From Terriglobia bacterium (GTDB lineage Bacteria; Acidobacteriota; Terriglobia; Bryobacterales; Bryobacteraceae), in contig CAVPVO010000004.1 of assembly GCA_963709215.1 (NCBI GenBank), forward strand, positions 220,101-284,100: DNA of 64,000 nucleotides, given 5' to 3'. The notes below the pieces were generated by a model. The model made no database searches and had not been told where the DNA came from. It saw only the letters and a program-made list of their open reading frames with translations. The position numbers and the translations under genes were made by a program. Positions 61,323 through 64,000 of this stretch are shown piece by piece. Numbering within the stretch: position 1 is the stretch's first letter; every line of letters begins with the position of its first letter.

Positions 61323-63044
61323 GTGATTATTAACAGACTCGTCATCCTGTTCGGAATCGCGGCCACGCTCAGCGCCGCGCCGCAGCTCGTCCTCAGCACA
61401 ACATCGCTGGGGCCGATTCAGATACCGCCTGGGTCCAACGGACCGGCGCAGTCCGTTACAGCACAGAACGTGGGCACCGGAACGCTGAGCCTCAGCGCCG
61501 CGGCATCGGCTCCCTGGCTTTCCGCAGCCATCGGGACCGCGATGAGCTGCAGCGGCGGCAGCGGTACGTGCTATCCGATCTCGATCGCGCTGAACACATC
61601 GGCGCTGACGGCGGGCAGCTATACGGGCTACGTGCTGCTCTCGGATCCCAACGCGATCGATTCGCCGCAGGAGATCGCGGTCTCGGTCAACATCGCGGGC
61701 GTTCCGAGTGCGGTGACGCTGTATGTCACGCCCACGGGCGGGCCGAGCCCGACCGCGTCGCTGCGCATCTACGCCTCAACTTCGGGCAGCCTGACCGGAA
61801 CAGCGACCACGCAGTCGGGCGGGAACTGGCTGTCCCTTATTAACGGTGCGCCGTTTTTTAACGGCTACGCCATTATGGTGGTGGCCCAGTCCGGGCAGGC
61901 CGCGGGGAGCTACACGGGATCGATCGCGCTGAGCGGCGCCGCGACGCAGACGATAAACGTGACGCTGGTGGTGACCGACGCGCCGATCGTACAACCTGTG
62001 ACAACACCGGTCCTGCTGAGCGGCAGCGGCGGCAATGCGAGCGCTGTGGTGTCGTTCAGCAACGGCGGCGCGGGCACACTGGATATCACGGGGGCGACGG
62101 CGACGTCGTCGAGCGGAAGTTTTCTGAGCGCGACGGTGAACAGCGCCAACAGCGTTAAGATCACTGCCGCTCCCGGGTCGCTGGCGCCAGGCCTCTATTC
62201 CGGATCGGTTACGATCACATCGAACGCAGCCAATAACAGCCAGATCTCGGTGCCTGTCGTTTACCAGGCGGAGGCGGCGAACACGCCGTTGATTTATTCG
62301 GGCGGGGTGACGAACATCGGGACCTTCACGAGCGGTAACGGGGCGCCGGGCGAAATTCTGGCGGTGTTCGGCGATCAGCTTGCGCCGGCGGGAACGAGCG
62401 CGCAGAATCCAGGCAATCCTCCGCTGGCCACTACGCTGGGGATGGTTCAGGTGCTGGTGAACGGAACGCCCGCGCCTCTTTACTTCGTTTCACCGGGCCA
62501 GGTGAATTTCCAGCTGCCTTACGCGGCGCCGGTGGGTCAGGTGTCGACGATCCAGGTGGTTTCGAACGGCACCAGCAGTAATCTGCGGCCGGTGAATGTG
62601 GCAGCCGCGGCGCCGACCGAGCTGATCTGGCCGGCATCCGTGATCGCGGGCGGTTATGTCATCGCGGTGAATGCGGCAGACAACAGCCTGGTGCTGCCGA
62701 GCCCGGTGACGGGATTCGTGACGCATCCGGCGAAGGTGGGCGACACGCTGACTATTTACTGCGAGGCGCTGGGCCAGACGACTCCACCCGCGGTGACCGG
62801 CGCGGCCGCCACTTCGAGCCCCCTTGAGGAGATTCAGAACGCGACCGTGACGTTCAGCGGCGGATTCAGCGGCTCTGAGGTGACAGTGCCGGCTGCCTTC
62901 GCGGGCCTGACGCCGACGGCGGTGGGGCTCTACCAGGTAAACGTCACGATCCCGGCCGGGGTGCCGATCTCGAATGCGGTGCCGGTGGTGATCAATCTGA
63001 ATGGCACGGCGAGCAACTCGGGATTCATTGCGATCTCGCACTAG
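61323..63044 (+). CDS. large secreted Ig-like/BACON-like repeat protein with TIGR03437 (Soli_cterm)-like C-terminus
   Basis: GTG start, signal IINRLVILFGIAATLSAAP. Repeated ..NVGTGTLSLSAAASAPWLSA..SYTG.. modules. C-terminal PGEILAVFGDQL..VLVNGTPAPLYFVSPGQVNFQLP..FAGLTPTAVGLYQVNVTIPAGVP. Confidence 0.7.
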   Translation: MIINRLVILFGIAATLSAAPQLVLSTTSLGPIQIPPGSNGPAQSVTAQNVGTGTLSLSAAASAPWLSAAIGTAMSCSGGSGTCYPISIALNTSALTAGSYTGYVLLSDPNAIDSPQEIAVSVNIAGVPSAVTLYVTPTGGPSPTASLRIYASTSGSLTGTATTQSGGNWLSLINGAPFFNGYAIMVVAQSGQAAGSYTGSIALSGAATQTINVTLVVTDAPIVQPVTTPVLLSGSGGNASAVVSFSNGGAGTLDITGATATSSSGSFLSATVNSANSVKITAAPGSLAPGLYSGSVTITSNAANNSQISVPVVYQAEAANTPLIYSGGVTNIGTFTSGNGAPGEILAVFGDQLAPAGTSAQNPGNPPLATTLGMVQVLVNGTPAPLYFVSPGQVNFQLPYAAPVGQVSTIQVVSNGTSSNLRPVNVAAAAPTELIWPASVIAGGYVIAVNAADNSLVLPSPVTGFVTHPAKVGDTLTIYCEALGQTTPPAVTGAAATSSPLEEIQNATVTFSGGFSGSEVTVPAAFAGLTPTAVGLYQVNVTIPAGVPISNAVPVVINLNGTASNSGFIAISH

Positions 63045-63085
63045 AGTTTGTGGCCACCCTGCGGCAATGCGGCGGGGATGTACTG

Positions 63086-63136
63086 GCAGGCTGCGGAAGG
63101 CTTCTTGCCGCTCCCTTACGGTCGCGGTTCGGAAGA
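63086..63136. repeat. partial (5' half) copy of the MITE/REP-like element
   Basis: gcaggctgcggaaggcttcttgccgctcccttacggtcgcggttcggaaga aligns with the first ~50 nt of the 12845-12978 element. The 3' half has diverged. Confidence 0.7.
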
Positions 63137-63216
63137 GTTACGGAAGCGTGCGCGAGCCCGCATCTCTTTGAATCCCGCATGCCGAACCGGAATCCATATG
63201 CTTTTAGCGCGCGGGC

Positions 63217-64000
63217 ATGAACGCAACGGCTGAGTTTGTTATTCGTCACGGTTACGCGGTGCTGTTTTTCTGGGTTCTGACGGAGCAGGCCGCCCTGCCG
63301 CTGCCCTCCGTTCCGCTGCTGCTGGTGTGCGGGGCGCTCGTGAGAGCCGGGCACATGAGCTGGGCACCCGTCCTTCTGTTCGGACTGCTCGCCTGCCTGA
63401 TTCCCGACAGCGTCTGGTTCCGGATCGGCCGCAGCCGTGGGACCAAGGTTCTCAGCTTCCTTTGCCGTCTCGCACTGGAGCCGGATTCCTGCGTGCGTCA
63501 GACGGAGAACGGTTTCACGCGCTTTGGTCCGAGCTTTCTACTGATCGCAAAATTCATCCCCGGGATGAATGCCCTTTCTTCTCCCCTGGCGGGCAGCGCC
63601 GGAACGGGCTGGGCGCAGTTCCTCATCTTCGACGCAATCGGGGCCACACTGTGGATCGCGGGCTGGGGGGTCGTTGGATACCTGTTCAGCAATCAGCTCG
63701 ACGCGATCGGGGAGATAGCCGGTCGCGCCGGGTTCCGGCTGTTCCTTGCGATCGTCCTCGTGCTCGCGGTCTGGATGGCATTCAAGTTTTTCCAGCGAAG
63801 ACGATTTCTGCGGAAGCTGTCGACGGCGCGGATCGCGGTTGAAGAACTGCACCGGATGCTGGTCGCCGGAGAAGATGTCATGATTATCGACGTGCGCGGC
63901 GAGCATGCGAGCCCGCGCGATCCGATACCGGGCGCGCTGCGGATTCCGCTCAGCACGCTGGTCTCGCGCCAGCAGGAGATTCCGCGTGACCGGGACATCG
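63217..64000 (+). CDS. DedA-family membrane protein fused to a C-terminal rhodanese domain (partial, runs off the window end)
   Basis: My own translation from ATG 63217 (no stop in the window, so it is absent from the ORF track): MNATAEFVIRHGYAVLFFWVLTEQAALPLPSVPLLLVCGAL..LLIAKFIPGMNAL..IFDAIGATLWIAGWG.., then VMIIDVRGEHAS..IPGALRIPLSTL. Confidence 0.75.
   Translation, partial: MNATAEFVIRHGYAVLFFWVLTEQAALPLPSVPLLLVCGALVRAGHMSWAPVLLFGLLACLIPDSVWFRIGRSRGTKVLSFLCRLALEPDSCVRQTENGFTRFGPSFLLIAKFIPGMNALSSPLAGSAGTGWAQFLIFDAIGATLWIAGWGVVGYLFSNQLDAIGEIAGRAGFRLFLAIVLVLAVWMAFKFFQRRRFLRKLSTARIAVEELHRMLVAGEDVMIIDVRGEHASPRDPIPGALRIPLSTLVSRQQEIPRDRDI

Noticed and set aside
1-64000. Prophage, integrative element, toxin-antitoxin or known defence system (RM, Abi, CBASS and similar)
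   Set aside because: I recognised no integrase, recombinase, transposase, phage structural gene, restriction/modification gene, nuclease-NTPase pair or small TA-like gene pair in any frame. The caspase-like gene is a TPR-fused signalling-type protein and is frame-disrupted.

Overview
High-GC (~60-65% by eye) bacterial chromosome segment. Several paralog families point to Acidobacteriota, Solibacter/Bryobacter-like. These are proteins resembling the Solibacter-expanded families I recall as TIGR03435 and TIGR03437 (Soli_cterm), CarboxypepD_reg-type TonB receptors, and a PLPYGRGSE/NRDRKG-coding palindromic repeat. I saw no rRNA, tRNA, CRISPR array, integrase, transposase or prophage genes. Layout: (1) 1-6.5 kb holds signalling genes (Ser/Thr kinase, CHASE2 cyclase, caspase-TPR, MBL hydrolase) whose conserved blocks keep switching reading frame. 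(2) 6.6-21.4 kb is a cell-envelope and glycan locus with RlpA, GT2, methyltransferase, a Wzy_C protein, two GT4s and a priming sugar transferase. It is interrupted by a 10.0-13.0 kb block flanked by MITE-like repeats (a TIGR03435 paralog, a diheme cytochrome, DUF3303); a Tat ferritin-like gene lies just outside the second repeat. The locus also contains a translationally coupled ECF sigma / HprK-like kinase / PF14907-like nucleotidyltransferase triad. (3) 21.4-30.7 kb is the most unusual feature: eight genes with overlapping stops and starts, encoding four B12-domain radical SAM proteins (two paralog pairs), two SAM methyltransferases, an amidohydrolase and a radical SAM/SPASM-like protein. 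I found no substrate gene for it. (4) 30.7-36.4 kb is a minus-strand operon with an MtrA/DmsE-like decaheme cytochrome, an MtrB/PioB-like barrel and a Wzy_C-TPR protein, followed by a Soli_cterm protein. (5) 36.6-45.6 kb carries a divergent RR-RR-porin-cupredoxin-HK operon, a PQQ dehydrogenase and an ankyrin/CxxCH/toroid-repeat protein. (6) 45.9-64 kb carries an EF-hand protein, an SDR-esterase-TonB receptor-M20 operon, a NusG paralog, secreted hydrolases, two large Ig-like secreted proteins and a DedA-rhodanese gene that runs off the window. All family calls come from reading motifs in the six-frame translations; no HMM or BLAST search was run. Many long ORFs in the track are GC-driven antisense shadows and were not called.
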